A stretch of DNA of 64,000 bases. Source: an uncultured Steroidobacteraceae bacterium. GTDB taxonomy: Bacteria; Pseudomonadota; Gammaproteobacteria; Steroidobacterales; Steroidobacteraceae. The notes under the pieces are model-generated. The model searched no databases. It saw only the letters and a program-made list of their open reading frames with translations, and was not told the DNA's origin. The translations under genes and the position numbers were made by a program. The DNA is taken from the NCBI GenBank assembly GCA_964528845.1, contig CAZGVE010000018.1, forward strand, positions 1,052 through 65,051, written 5' to 3'. This document shows positions 53,461-63,528 of the stretch, in pieces. How positions within the stretch are numbered: position 1 is the stretch's first letter; each line of letters begins with the position of its first letter.

Positions 53461-54456
53461 CTAGACGGCCGGGGCGCCGGTCGCCGGGGATGGACGGACA
53501 GCGAGTGCTCGCGCGATCGCATCGCACAGCAGCCCCCCGACATCGATGCCGAACTGGCGCTCGAGCTCGCGCACGCCGGTCGGGCTCGTCACGTTGATCT
53601 CGGTCACGTAGCCACCGATCACATCCAGCCCGACGAACAGCATGCCGGCCGCCCGCAGCGCGGGCCCGATCTGCGCCGCGAGCCAGCGGTCACGGTCGGT
53701 CAGCGCCCGGCCGACACCGGTGGCGCCGGCCGCCAGGTTGCCGCGGTGATCCTCCGCGCTCGGGATGCGCGCCAGCGCGTACGGCAGCGGTTCGCCATCC
53801 ACCAGCAGCACCCGCGAGTCACCGCCCCGGACGATCTCGGGCAGGTATTTCTGCACGATCGCGAAGCGGCTGCCATCGCCGGTCAGGGTCTCGAATACCA
53901 CGCGTGCGTTCTTGTCGCCCGGCCCCACCACGAAGATTGAATGTCCGCCCATGCCATGCAGGGGCTTGACCACGATCGTGCCGTGCTGTGCGGCAAACGC
54001 CGCCATCTCGCGCATGTCGCGCGTCACCAGCGTGGGCGCGCAGCACTGCGGAAACCAGGCGGTGTAGACCTTCTCGTTCATGTCGCGCAGGCCACGCGCG
54101 CGGTTCACCACCAGTGTGCCGGCGAGCTCGGCGCGCTCGAGGATGTAGGTCATATAGATGTATTCGGTATCGAAGGGCGGGTCCTTGCGCATCAGGATCA
54201 CGTCGAACCCGCCGAGCGGGCCGACTGCGCCCTCGCCGAGCTCGAACCAGTGCGATGCGTCGTCGTGCACGCGCAGCGGCCGACTGCGGCCCTCGGCCAC
54301 GCCGTCGCGCAACCGCAGGTCCTGCGGCTCCAGATAGTGCAATGACCAGCCGCGGGCTGCAGCTGCCCGCAGCAGCGCCAGCGTCGTGTCTTTCTCGAAC
54401 TTGATGCGCTCGATCGGGTCCATGACCACGGCCAGACGCGTCTGCTTGCTCGTCAT
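53461..54456 (-). CDS. gshB: Glutathione synthetase GshB
   Basis: 331 aa from the internal ATG (RLAVVMDPIERIKFEKDTTLALL...VILMRKDPPFDTEYIYMTYILE...VVKPLHGMGGHSIF...DSRVLLVDGEP...GLDVIGGYVTEINVTSPTG). Confidence 0.95.
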   Translation of the reverse strand: MTSKQTRLAVVMDPIERIKFEKDTTLALLRAAAARGWSLHYLEPQDLRLRDGVAEGRSRPLRVHDDASHWFELGEGAVGPLGGFDVILMRKDPPFDTEYIYMTYILERAELAGTLVVNRARGLRDMNEKVYTAWFPQCCAPTLVTRDMREMAAFAAQHGTIVVKPLHGMGGHSIFVVGPGDKNARVVFETLTGDGSRFAIVQKYLPEIVRGGDSRVLLVDGEPLPYALARIPSAEDHRGNLAAGATGVGRALTDRDRWLAAQIGPALRAAGMLFVGLDVIGGYVTEINVTSPTGVRELERQFGIDVGGLLCDAIARALAVRPSPATGAPAV

Positions 54457-54663
54457 GCTCCAGTCCTTGCCAGGGCCGCGATTGGCCGCACCAACCGGAT
54501 TATGTTCCGCACCACGCCCGTGCGCGTAACCACCCGCCTCCCGAGCTCTCAAAAACGTGACGGAGGCGGCATAGCGGGGGGGGTGCCGATATGTTAAAAC
54601 GCGGAGCGAATCGCCGAGGTCATTTCTTGCCTTGGGACTCGGGCCACCCGGAGGGTTCGGAGC

Positions 54664-55092
54664 ATGGAAACGACAGCGGAGGAGCGCGGCGGACCCCTGG
54701 GTGCGTCGGGCGGACCGCAGCTGCAGGGGCTGAAGGTTCTCGTCATCGACGACAGCAAGACCATCCGGCGTACCGCGGAGACGCTGCTGGCCAAGGAGGG
54801 CTGCGAAGTCTTCACGGCAGTCGATGGTTTCGACGCGCTCACCAAGATCGCGGATCACCAGCCGGATATCGTGTTCGTGGACATCATGATGCCGCGGCTC
54901 GATGGCTACCAGACCTGCGCATTGATCAAGCACAACAAGGTATTCCGCTCCATTCCCGTGATCATGCTGTCCTCGAAGGACGGTCTGTTCGATCGCGCCC
55001 GCGGCCGTATCGTCGGCTCGGAGCACTATTTGACCAAGCCGTTCACGAAGGACGAGCTGCTCGGCGCGATTGAATCGCACATCGGGAGATGA
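54664..55092 (+). CDS. pilG: CheY-like response regulator PilG (Pil-Chp system)
   Basis: Single REC domain with an N-terminal extension (GLKVLVIDDSKTIRRTAETLLAKEGCEV...DIVFVDIMMPRLDGYQTCALIK...SKDGLFDRARGRIVGSEHYLTKPF). It is the first gene downstream of gshB. Confidence 0.9.
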   Translation: METTAEERGGPLGASGGPQLQGLKVLVIDDSKTIRRTAETLLAKEGCEVFTAVDGFDALTKIADHQPDIVFVDIMMPRLDGYQTCALIKHNKVFRSIPVIMLSSKDGLFDRARGRIVGSEHYLTKPFTKDELLGAIESHIGR

Positions 55093-55096
55093 ATCG

Positions 55097-55462
55097 ATGG
55101 CACTGATTCTGATCGTGGATGACTCGCCGACCGAAGTGCACGTGATGCAGAAGGCTCTCGAGCGGCACGGCTACCGGACCGCGGTCGCCGTAGACGGGGC
55201 CGAGGGCATCCGGCTGGCGCGCCAGATGCACCCGGATCTGATCTTCATGGACATCGTGATGCCCGGCATCAACGGCTACCAGGCGACCCGCACGCTGGTG
55301 AACGATCCGGACACCCAGAGAATACCCATTGTCATGGTCACATCGAAGGGACAGGAGGCGGATCGCGTCTGGGGCCTCCGGCAGGGTGCGGTCGACTATC
55401 TGATCAAGCCGGTATCGCCGGACCAGCTGGTCGAGAAGGCACAGGCGACGCTTGCCGCTTGA
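55097..55462 (+). CDS. pilH: CheY-like response regulator PilH
   Basis: 121-aa REC domain (ILIVDDSPTEVHVMQKAL...LIFMDIVMPGINGYQATR...VTSKGQEADRVWGLRQGAVDYLIKP). Confidence 0.9.
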   Translation: MALILIVDDSPTEVHVMQKALERHGYRTAVAVDGAEGIRLARQMHPDLIFMDIVMPGINGYQATRTLVNDPDTQRIPIVMVTSKGQEADRVWGLRQGAVDYLIKPVSPDQLVEKAQATLAA

Positions 55463-55463
55463 C

Positions 55464-56027
55464 ATGCAGGAGAGTCTTGCGCTGAAAAGTCTGCGCGATC
55501 GGCCGTTCGAGCTCCTGGTCGAGCTCGAGCGGCGCGGTCGCGCGGTCACCGCCACCGCGGCCGCCGACAGCTCCCAGGCTGGCGATTGGGTCGGTGTGGC
55601 CCTGCGCATGGCCGGCGAGCTGTATCTCGTGGCGCGCGAGGAGGCACGTGAAGTGCTTGGCGTGCCTGCGCCGCTCACGCGTGTGCCCGGGGCCCGCGGC
55701 TGGATACTCGGGCTCGCGAACCTGCGCGGCCAGCTGCTGCCCGTCATCGACCTGCGCGCCTTTCTCGGCAGCGGCGTCACGCCGGCCTCGCGCAATACCC
55801 GTGTGGTGGTGGCCAACCATCGCGAGATTCCCGCCGGGCTGCTGGTAGACGAGGTTCTCGGATTTCGCCGCTTTGCCGACGCCGATTTCACGGCCGATGT
55901 ACCGCCGACGATCGTGCGCTGCGAGCGCTATGTCGCCGGTTCGTTCCGGCGCGCCGGCGAGCACTGGCCGGTGCTGGGCCTGCGCGCGCTGCTGGAAGAT
56001 CCGGCATTCATGGAGGCGAGCGCATGA
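55464..56027 (+). CDS. pilI: CheW-like coupling protein PilI
   Basis: CheW domain ([23 protein letters not shown]...[27 protein letters not shown]...RVVVANH). The start is either TTG 55452 or ATG 55464. Confidence 0.85.
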   Translation: MQESLALKSLRDRPFELLVELERRGRAVTATAAADSSQAGDWVGVALRMAGELYLVAREEAREVLGVPAPLTRVPGARGWILGLANLRGQLLPVIDLRAFLGSGVTPASRNTRVVVANHREIPAGLLVDEVLGFRRFADADFTADVPPTIVRCERYVAGSFRRAGEHWPVLGLRALLEDPAFMEASA

Positions 56028-57427
56028 GCGGTAACGGGTCGGGCACCTCGAGCGGCCCACAATCCCTGGCCATCGGGGCGGCAGTGCTCATGGTGCTCTC
56101 GGCGCTCGGTGCATTCCTGTTGCCGGCGCTCGGATGGCCGGCCTGGATCGCCGCGGTCGCGGCCTTCGCCGCGCTGATCCCGCTATCGCTGCTGTTTTCG
56201 TTCCTGCGCCGTGCGGCCGCCGCCGCGAACCAGGCGCAGCGCGCGGCCGACGCGCAGCGGCACGAGACCGATCGCAACCAGCAGGCCATCATGCGCCTGC
56301 TCGACGAGATGTCGAACCTGGCGCAGGGCGACCTGACGGTGCAGGCGACGGTGACCGAGGACATCACCGGAGCGATTGCCGATTCGGTCAACTACGCAGT
56401 CGAGGCACTGCGCAAGCTCGTGGCGACGATCAGCACCTCGTCCATCCAGCTGGATAGCGCGGCGCGGCAGACCCAGGCGCTGTCCTCGCATCTGGCGCGC
56501 GCGAGCAGCGCCCAGTCCAAGCAGATCGGATCGGCTACCGAGTCGATCAGCGCGATGGCCGCCTCGATCGAGGAGGTGTCGGGCAACGCCGAGCGCGCCG
56601 CTGACGTCGCGCGCCACTCCGTCGACGTGGCGCACAAGGGTGGGGACGCCGTACGGCGCACGATCGACGGCATGAACGCGATCCGCGAGACCATCCAGGA
56701 CACCAGCAAGCGCATCAAGCGGCTCGGCGAGAGTTCACAGGAGATCGGCAACATCGTCGAGCTGATCAGCGACATCGCCGAGCAGACCAATATCCTCGCG
56801 CTCAACGCGTCGATCCAGGCGTCCATGGCGGGCGAAGCCGGCCGCGGCTTCGCCGTCGTCGCCGACGAGGTGCAGCGCCTGGCCGAGCGGGCCGCCAATG
56901 CCACCAAGCAGATCGAGGTGCTGGTGCGCACGATCCAGACCGACACCAACGAGGCGGTCGTGTCGATGGAGCGCAGCACCACCGATGTGGTCGGGGGCGC
57001 GCTGCTGGCGGAGAACGCGGGTGCAGCGCTGCTGGAGATCGACCAGGTATCCAATCAGATCGCCAGCCTGGTGCAGAACATCTCGGCCAGTGCCCGCAGT
57101 CAGTCGGTGGCGGCACAGAACCTCGCGCGCAACATGCAGGTCCTGCGGGAGATCAGTGCGCAGTCGGCCGATTCGACCAGCGCCACTTCGCAGGCGATCG
57201 TGAAACTCGCGGACCTGTCCGCCGCGCTGCGCAAGTCGATCTCCGGCTTCCGGCTCCCGGGAGCGACCGAGACCACCGGCATGCATCGAACCGGCACCTC
57301 CGGCGCGAATACGGCCATTTCCGGCACCGTGTCCGCGGCCGCCGGTGCGCCCACGGTCGCCGGCATGGCCAATTCGCCCTCCGCCGGCTTCCCTGGCCCC
57401 AAGATCAAGGCGCTCGGCGGCTCGTGA
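56024..57427 (+). CDS. pilJ: PilJ-type methyl-accepting chemotaxis protein lacking a periplasmic sensor domain
   Basis: 467 aa. Two adjacent TM helices sit at the N-terminus with essentially no loop between them. The PilJ-specific linker follows ([49 protein letters not shown]), then the MCP signalling domain ([35 protein letters not shown]). Confidence 0.85.
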   Translation: MSGNGSGTSSGPQSLAIGAAVLMVLSALGAFLLPALGWPAWIAAVAAFAALIPLSLLFSFLRRAAAAANQAQRAADAQRHETDRNQQAIMRLLDEMSNLAQGDLTVQATVTEDITGAIADSVNYAVEALRKLVATISTSSIQLDSAARQTQALSSHLARASSAQSKQIGSATESISAMAASIEEVSGNAERAADVARHSVDVAHKGGDAVRRTIDGMNAIRETIQDTSKRIKRLGESSQEIGNIVELISDIAEQTNILALNASIQASMAGEAGRGFAVVADEVQRLAERAANATKQIEVLVRTIQTDTNEAVVSMERSTTDVVGGALLAENAGAALLEIDQVSNQIASLVQNISASARSQSVAAQNLARNMQVLREISAQSADSTSATSQAIVKLADLSAALRKSISGFRLPGATETTGMHRTGTSGANTAISGTVSAAAGAPTVAGMANSPSAGFPGPKIKALGGS

Positions 57428-57471
57428 CACGGCGCTGCGGGGCACCGAATGTCAGTCCGTGAGCAAGCTGC

Positions 57472-60400
57472 ATGACTGAGCTGGCGACGCAAACCCTGCA
57501 ATCGGTCGCGCGCGAGATCAACGTCGCGCTCACCGAGGGGCGTGTGGCGCTCGAGGCCCATGTCGAGCAGCCCGGGAACCTGGGCCTGCTCGAACGTTGC
57601 CGCCACGAACTGCATCAGGTGCAGGGCGTACTGCGCATGCTCGAGATCTATGGCGCCGCGCTGCTGGCCGAGGAGATGGAGCAGGTCGCGAGCTACCTGA
57701 TCGATCTCGGGGCCGAGCTGCGCAACCAGGCCGAGGCGCTGGACGCCCTGATGCGTGCGATCGTGCAGCTTCCCGGTTACCTGGAGCGGGTGCTGGCGGG
57801 AGGCCGCGACCTGGCTCTCGTGCTGCTGCCGCTGCTCAATGATCTGCGCGCGGTACGTGGCAGTGCTCTGCTGTCGGAAGGCACGCTGCTGCTGCTCAAT
57901 CTCAAGTCTGACCGCCAGGCACAGCCGGCGGCGCCGGCGCCCGGCGAGGCGCCGCTGACCGTGGCCCAATGGGCGCGTCGGCTGCGCTCGCGCTTCCAGA
58001 CCGGACTGATCGGCTGGATCCGCGGCGAGCGCGCCGAACAGAACCTCGAGATCCTCGGGGCCGTCGCGATCCGCCTGGAGCAGGTCGCCACGCAGCAATC
58101 GGTATTCCAGCTGTGGTGGGTCGTCGGTGCGCTGCTCGAGGCACTGCGCGAGAACGGCGTGGAGAGCAGCATCTCCGTCAAACGCCTGCTCGGGCTTGCC
58201 GACCGGGAGATGAAGCGGCTCTACGAGCAGGGCGAAGGACGCTACGCGCAGTCGCCGCCGGTGGAGCTGCTGAACAACCTGCTGTACTACATCGCACGCT
58301 GCTCGAGCGCGGGCCCACGCGTCGCGGCAGTACGGGCGTCGTTCCGCTTAGGGGAACTGCTGCCGGTCGACGAATCGATCGAGCAGGAACGCGAGAATCT
58401 TTCCGCGCCGTCGATCAAGCTGATGCAGACCGTCGCGGCCGCGATTCGGGAAGACCTTTCCAAGGTCAAGGATGTGCTGGATATCTTCGTGCGGCGCGGA
58501 GGCGGGCAGCCCGATGAGCTGGTGCCGCAGCTGGTGCTGCTCAAGAAGATCGGCGACACCTTAGGCGTGCTCGGCCTCGGAGAACTGCGCGCGCGCGTGC
58601 AGGAGGCGACCGGCAGGCTCGAGGCGATCGTCGCCGGCCGCGAACCGGCCGACGAAACCACCCTGGTGCAGGTGGCCGCGAGCCTGATCAACGTCGAAGA
58701 CCACCTCGATGACGAACTCGTCGGCCTGATCCTGCCGCGGCGCAAGCCCGCGGAAGGCGAGGGCGAGGCTCCGGACCTCGACTTCCAGCAGGTCCAGGGT
58801 GCGGTGCTGCGCGAATGCGTCGTCAACCTCGCACGCATCAAGGAATACGTCGCCCAGAACGTCAGCGGTACGCTCGATACCGCCGGCTTCGACAACTGGC
58901 CCGAGCTCATGCGCGGCATCAAGGCTGGCCTGCTGATGCTCGGCAAGACGCGCGCGGTCGAAATCATCGAGGAGATCACGCAGCATCTGCGGCGGGTCAT
59001 GCAGCCTGGCGGCACGAGCCTGGCAGGCGAGTACCTCGATCGGCTGGCCGACGCGATCGTGAGTCTCGAGTACTACATCGAGACGCTGCAGGCCGGTCGC
59101 AGTGACCCCTGGTACATGCTCGATAACGCGCGCAGCTGCCTGGACCTGCTGTCCCGCGCTCCCGAGCGCGCGGTGCCGACGGTGCCGCCGCTCAATCCCG
59201 GCAGCTATTCCAGGACCCTGCGTATCCAGCCGCTGCCTCAGGCCGGCGCGCCCGGCGCAGGCCAGCAGGCCGAGGCGACCACCGACGTGCACAAGCACGG
59301 TCGCGCGATGAGCACCCCACCGGTGCTCACGGCCGCACCGGATGCGCCGGCTCAGCAGACGGCACCCGATCCCGAACTGATCCGCCTGTTCATCGAGGAG
59401 GCGAACGAGGAGGTGGCCCGGATCACCGAGCAGTTCCCGCTCTGGGATCACAATCCGCTCGAGGGCGACGCACTGCTGGTGCTGCGCCGGTCCTTTCATA
59501 CGCTCAAGGGCAGCGGGCGCATGGTGCAGGCCCGTCATATCAGTGAGTTCGCCTGGGCGGTCGAGAATCTGCTCAACCGGCTGCTGGACGGTACCCTGCA
59601 GCGATCGCCGCCGGTGCTCGAGACTCTGCGCATGGCGGTGAACGTACTGCCGCAGCTGGTCGCCGAACTCGAGGCGGGCGCATCGGGCCGCACGGACGTC
59701 ACGCCGCTGGCCGCGCGCGCTCATGCATTGGCGAGCGGCCGCGAGTTGCCGACCGTCCTGCCGGTGGGGCCGACGATGGTGGCGGCATCGCACGGGCCGA
59801 CGCGGTCCGACGCGGCGGCGATGGACGAATTGACGACGGTGCTGCCGGCCAGCGCCGTGGCTACGGTGAGCGCACCGGCACTGTCCGGTCAGCCTGCGCC
59901 AGCGCCGGGCGCCGCCGAGTCCCAGGCACCAGATGCCGCGCTGCGCGAGATCTATGCGCGCGAGACCGCGAGCCATGTCGTCGCGGTGCGCGGATGGATC
60001 GCAAGGGAGCGCGCGCAGCCGGCCCCGCACGTGCTGCCCGAAGATGTATTCCGCGCCTGCCATACGCTGGTCGGCAGCTCGACCATGGCCGAGGCGCGCC
60101 ACGGAATGCGGCTGGCTGAGCCGATCAACCATTGGCTGCGCAAGTCCTTCGACAGCGGCATCGGACTGGACGATTCGGACCTGGTGCTGCTCGGCGACGG
60201 CATGAACGCGATGGAGGAGGTTGCCGGCCACCTGGACGAGGGCACTGGCTTCTTCGTGGTCCACGATACGCTGCGGGCGCGTATCGCGCGCGCGGAACTC
60301 GCGCTCGATCGGCGCATCGCCGAAGCCGCCGCGCTGGCCGAACGCAGCAGCATCAGCCTGTCGCGCCCGGGCGGGGAGCGCGACGGCGCCATGGCGAGCG

Positions 60401-62979
60401 CCACCGGGGGTGGAGCTCCGACATCGACGCCGGCCCGCGCCAGTACGCCGGTGGCTGAATTCGACCCGGAGATCGCGGCGATCTTCAGTGAGGAGGCGGT
60501 CGAACTGCTCGAGTCCGCGGAAGCGGCTTTGGCCGCGTGGAATTCTGATCCGCACGATCCTTCGCAGGTGGCGGCGCTGCGCCGTCCGCTGCACACGCTC
60601 AAGGGCGGGGCCCGCATGGCGGGCATCCTGGCGATGGGCGAGCTTGCGCACGAGCTGGAGAGCCTGATCACCCGGATCGAGAGCGGACTGTCCAATGCCG
60701 ACGAGCTGGCGCGCGGCGCCGCGCAGCAGGCGCTCGATGAACTCTCACGGATGCGCGAGGCCATCGCGCAGGGCCGCGCGGCCGCCGGCGCGCCGGAACT
60801 CATCGAGCGCATTCATGCGATCGCTGCCGGCGGAACCGTGGAATCCGCGCCGGCCGATACGGCGCGCGCTGCGGACGTGCCGCTACGCGTCGAGCCGCCC
60901 AGCGCGCGAGTGTCGGTCGCGGCGGCAGCTCCGCCGGCCGCGGCATCAGCGCCGGCGCGGGATACGGCCGAGCCGCTGCGACTCGTGGCCGAGATAGCGC
61001 CGGCCGTGCCGGTTCCCGCAGGCGGCAGCGTCTCGCCGGCGCCAGCCGCGCCGGCGCCAGCCGCGCCGCCGCCCCCCTCCGAGTTGCCGGCGGCTGCCGC
61101 TCCATTGCCTCCGGGTCGCGAGCCGGTGGTCGCCAGCGATCGCGTCGAAATGGCCCGCGTGAACGCGGAGCTGCTCGATCAGCTGCTGAACAATGCCGGC
61201 GAGGTCAGCATCGCCCGCGCGCGGCTCGAGCAGCAGCTCGGCGCGATCGAATTCAATCTTGGCGAGCTGTCGCGCACGGTGACGCGACTGAAGGAGCAGC
61301 TGCGCAAGCTCGAGATCGAGACCGAGGCGCAGATCCTGCATCGGCACGACAACGAACCCGGACATCGACAGGAATTCGATCCGCTCGAGCTGGACCGTTA
61401 CTCATCGATCCAGCAGTTCTCGCGTGCGCTGGCCGAGTCGGCCAATGACGTGGGCAGCATCCAGGGGCTGCTCGAGAACCTGATCGGGGAGGCCCAGACG
61501 CTGCTGCAGCACCAGTCGCGCACCGTCACCGAGCTGCAGAACGGCCTGATGCGCACGCGCATGGTCTCGTTCCAGCGCCACGTGCAGCGCCTGGCCCGCA
61601 TCGTGCGCGAAGCGGCGGCCGATACCGGCAAGCGCGCGGAGCTGATCGTCGAGGGCGCTTCGGGCGAGCTCGACCGCCAGGTGCTCGAGCGCATGCTGCC
61701 GCCGTTCGAGCACATGATGCGCAACGCCGTCGTCCACGGCATCGAAACGCCGGAACGCCGGCGGGCCGCGGGCAAGGACGAGACCGGACACATCCATCTG
61801 CGGCTGCGGCGCGAGGGCGCCGAGGTGGTCGTCGACGTCAGCGACGACGGCTCCGGGATGAATCTCGCCGCCATCCGCGACAAGGGCCTGGCGCTGGGCC
61901 TGATCCGCGCCGATCAGACGCTGTCGGACGAGGACGTGATGCAGCTGGTGCTCGAGCCGGGCTTTTCGACCGCGAATGCCCTGACACAGCAGGCCGGTCG
62001 GGGCGTCGGCATGGACGTGGTTGCCACCGAGATCAAGAAGCTCGGCGGCGCGCTGCACATGGAGACCCGCGCCGGGCTCGGGACCAGCTTCACGATCAAG
62101 CTGCCGTTCACGCTGGCGATCAGCCACGCGCTGGTCGTGCGCACCGGCGATGAGTACTACGCGCTTCCGCTGCCGACCGTAGAGGGAGTGGTGCGCCTGC
62201 CGCGCGACGAAGTCGCGGGACACCTGCGCGCCGATGGCGCCACTTTCAGCTACGGCGGACAGAAATACCGGCTGCAGACTCTGGCGGTATACGTCGGGAT
62301 GGAGGCCTCGCCACTGCCGGAGCAGGATGTGACCATACCGGTGGTGCTGGTGCGCGCCGGCGAGCACTCCACCGGGCTCGTGGCCGATGAACTGGTCGGC
62401 AGCCGCGAGATCGTCGTCAAGCCCGTGGGGCCGCAGATCTCAAGCATCCGCGGCATTTCCGGTGCGACCATCCTCGGCGACGGGCGCGTCGTGATCATCC
62501 TCGACATCGGTGCGCTGGTGCGTGCCGAATGGCGCGGGCGTGGCGCGCCGACGGTGCCGCGCGAACGCAGCGACCGACGCATCTGTGCGCTGGTGGTCGA
62601 TGACTCGATCACCGTGCGCCGAGTGACCCAGCGCCTGCTCGAGCGCAACGGCATGCGGGTGCTGACCGCCCGCGATGGCATGGACGCAGTGGCGCTGCTG
62701 GCCGAGAACATCCCGGACATCATCCTGCTGGACATCGAGATGCCGCGGATGGACGGCTACGAGGTGGCGGCGCATGTGCGCGGTGATCCGCGCCTGCACG
62801 ACATCCCGATCATCATGATCACCTCGCGCGTCGGCGAGAAGCACCGGGCGCGCGCGATCGAGCTCGGCGTCGATGACTACCTGGGCAAGCCATACCAGGA
62901 GAGCCAGCTCATCGATGCGATCACGCCGCTGGTGGCGCAGCGGCGCGCTGCGACGCGGGCCGCAGGCACGGCGCGATGA
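57472..62979 (+). CDS. chpA: ChpA-type hybrid CheA histidine kinase (multiple Hpt domains, kinase core, CheW domain, C-terminal receiver)
   Basis: 1835 aa. Hpt signatures at ELHQVQG (His codon 57613), SFHTLKGSG (59497), ACHTLVGSS (60061) and PLHTLKGGA (60592). Dimerisation and HATPase core (MRNAVVHGIE...DDGSGMN...GRGVGMDVV). CheW domain (YYALPLPTVEGVV). REC domain (ALVVDDSITVRR...ILLDIEMPRMDGYE...KPY). Confidence 0.93.
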   Translation: MTELATQTLQSVAREINVALTEGRVALEAHVEQPGNLGLLERCRHELHQVQGVLRMLEIYGAALLAEEMEQVASYLIDLGAELRNQAEALDALMRAIVQLPGYLERVLAGGRDLALVLLPLLNDLRAVRGSALLSEGTLLLLNLKSDRQAQPAAPAPGEAPLTVAQWARRLRSRFQTGLIGWIRGERAEQNLEILGAVAIRLEQVATQQSVFQLWWVVGALLEALRENGVESSISVKRLLGLADREMKRLYEQGEGRYAQSPPVELLNNLLYYIARCSSAGPRVAAVRASFRLGELLPVDESIEQERENLSAPSIKLMQTVAAAIREDLSKVKDVLDIFVRRGGGQPDELVPQLVLLKKIGDTLGVLGLGELRARVQEATGRLEAIVAGREPADETTLVQVAASLINVEDHLDDELVGLILPRRKPAEGEGEAPDLDFQQVQGAVLRECVVNLARIKEYVAQNVSGTLDTAGFDNWPELMRGIKAGLLMLGKTRAVEIIEEITQHLRRVMQPGGTSLAGEYLDRLADAIVSLEYYIETLQAGRSDPWYMLDNARSCLDLLSRAPERAVPTVPPLNPGSYSRTLRIQPLPQAGAPGAGQQAEATTDVHKHGRAMSTPPVLTAAPDAPAQQTAPDPELIRLFIEEANEEVARITEQFPLWDHNPLEGDALLVLRRSFHTLKGSGRMVQARHISEFAWAVENLLNRLLDGTLQRSPPVLETLRMAVNVLPQLVAELEAGASGRTDVTPLAARAHALASGRELPTVLPVGPTMVAASHGPTRSDAAAMDELTTVLPASAVATVSAPALSGQPAPAPGAAESQAPDAALREIYARETASHVVAVRGWIARERAQPAPHVLPEDVFRACHTLVGSSTMAEARHGMRLAEPINHWLRKSFDSGIGLDDSDLVLLGDGMNAMEEVAGHLDEGTGFFVVHDTLRARIARAELALDRRIAEAAALAERSSISLSRPGGERDGAMASATGGGAPTSTPARASTPVAEFDPEIAAIFSEEAVELLESAEAALAAWNSDPHDPSQVAALRRPLHTLKGGARMAGILAMGELAHELESLITRIESGLSNADELARGAAQQALDELSRMREAIAQGRAAAGAPELIERIHAIAAGGTVESAPADTARAADVPLRVEPPSARVSVAAAAPPAAASAPARDTAEPLRLVAEIAPAVPVPAGGSVSPAPAAPAPAAPPPPSELPAAAAPLPPGREPVVASDRVEMARVNAELLDQLLNNAGEVSIARARLEQQLGAIEFNLGELSRTVTRLKEQLRKLEIETEAQILHRHDNEPGHRQEFDPLELDRYSSIQQFSRALAESANDVGSIQGLLENLIGEAQTLLQHQSRTVTELQNGLMRTRMVSFQRHVQRLARIVREAAADTGKRAELIVEGASGELDRQVLERMLPPFEHMMRNAVVHGIETPERRRAAGKDETGHIHLRLRREGAEVVVDVSDDGSGMNLAAIRDKGLALGLIRADQTLSDEDVMQLVLEPGFSTANALTQQAGRGVGMDVVATEIKKLGGALHMETRAGLGTSFTIKLPFTLAISHALVVRTGDEYYALPLPTVEGVVRLPRDEVAGHLRADGATFSYGGQKYRLQTLAVYVGMEASPLPEQDVTIPVVLVRAGEHSTGLVADELVGSREIVVKPVGPQISSIRGISGATILGDGRVVIILDIGALVRAEWRGRGAPTVPRERSDRRICALVVDDSITVRRVTQRLLERNGMRVLTARDGMDAVALLAENIPDIILLDIEMPRMDGYEVAAHVRGDPRLHDIPIIMITSRVGEKHRARAIELGVDDYLGKPYQESQLIDAITPLVAQRRAATRAAGTAR

Positions 62980-63464
62980 GCGAACGCATCGCCGAGGTCT
63001 ACAGCCTGCTCATCCCGCTGGCCGATGCGCGCCTGCTGGTACCGCGCGCCTGCGTCGCCGAAGTGATCGGCTACCAGACCGCGACGCCGATGGAGGGCGC
63101 CCCCGCCTGGTACCTGGGGCTCGTGAACTGGAACGCGCGCTCGCTGCCGTTGATCTCGTTCGAGGGGGCCTGCGGGCTGCCGATTCCACCGGCCGGGGGG
63201 CGCTCGCGCATCGTCGTGTTCCATGCGCTGGGCGCCCACATCGAAGCCGGATACCTGGCGATCGTCTCACAGGGCTTTCCGCAGCTGGTGCGGGTCAGCA
63301 GCGACGTCGTGCGGCCCGACAACACCCGCAGCTTCCCCGACCGCATCCCGGTCGTGTGCCAGGTCCGCATGCTCAACGAGACGCCGCTGGTACCCGATCT
63401 CGAGCACCTCGAGCGCATGGTGGCGGAAGAAACCTCGGTCGTGCCGGAGCGCGACGCGGGCTGA
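62976..63464 (+). CDS. chpC: CheW-like protein ChpC
   Basis: 162 aa, with an ATGA overlap with the chpA stop. CheW-type fold signature (LLIPLADARLLVPRACVAEVIGY...APAWYLGLVNWNARSLPLISFE...RIVVFHAL). Confidence 0.78.
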   Translation: MSERIAEVYSLLIPLADARLLVPRACVAEVIGYQTATPMEGAPAWYLGLVNWNARSLPLISFEGACGLPIPPAGGRSRIVVFHALGAHIEAGYLAIVSQGFPQLVRVSSDVVRPDNTRSFPDRIPVVCQVRMLNETPLVPDLEHLERMVAEETSVVPERDAG

Positions 63465-63528
63465 TTCCGGGCGCCCGTCCGCGTTCGCTTGAATTCGCGC
63501 GGCACCGGCCCCATGGCAGGTAGCCCCG

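Noticed and set aside
54566-54592. Sigma28-like -10 element (TGCCGATAT) upstream of pilG.
   Set aside because: The position where the -35 (TAAAGTTT) should lie reads GCGGCATA. With no acceptable -35, this is most likely a chance match.
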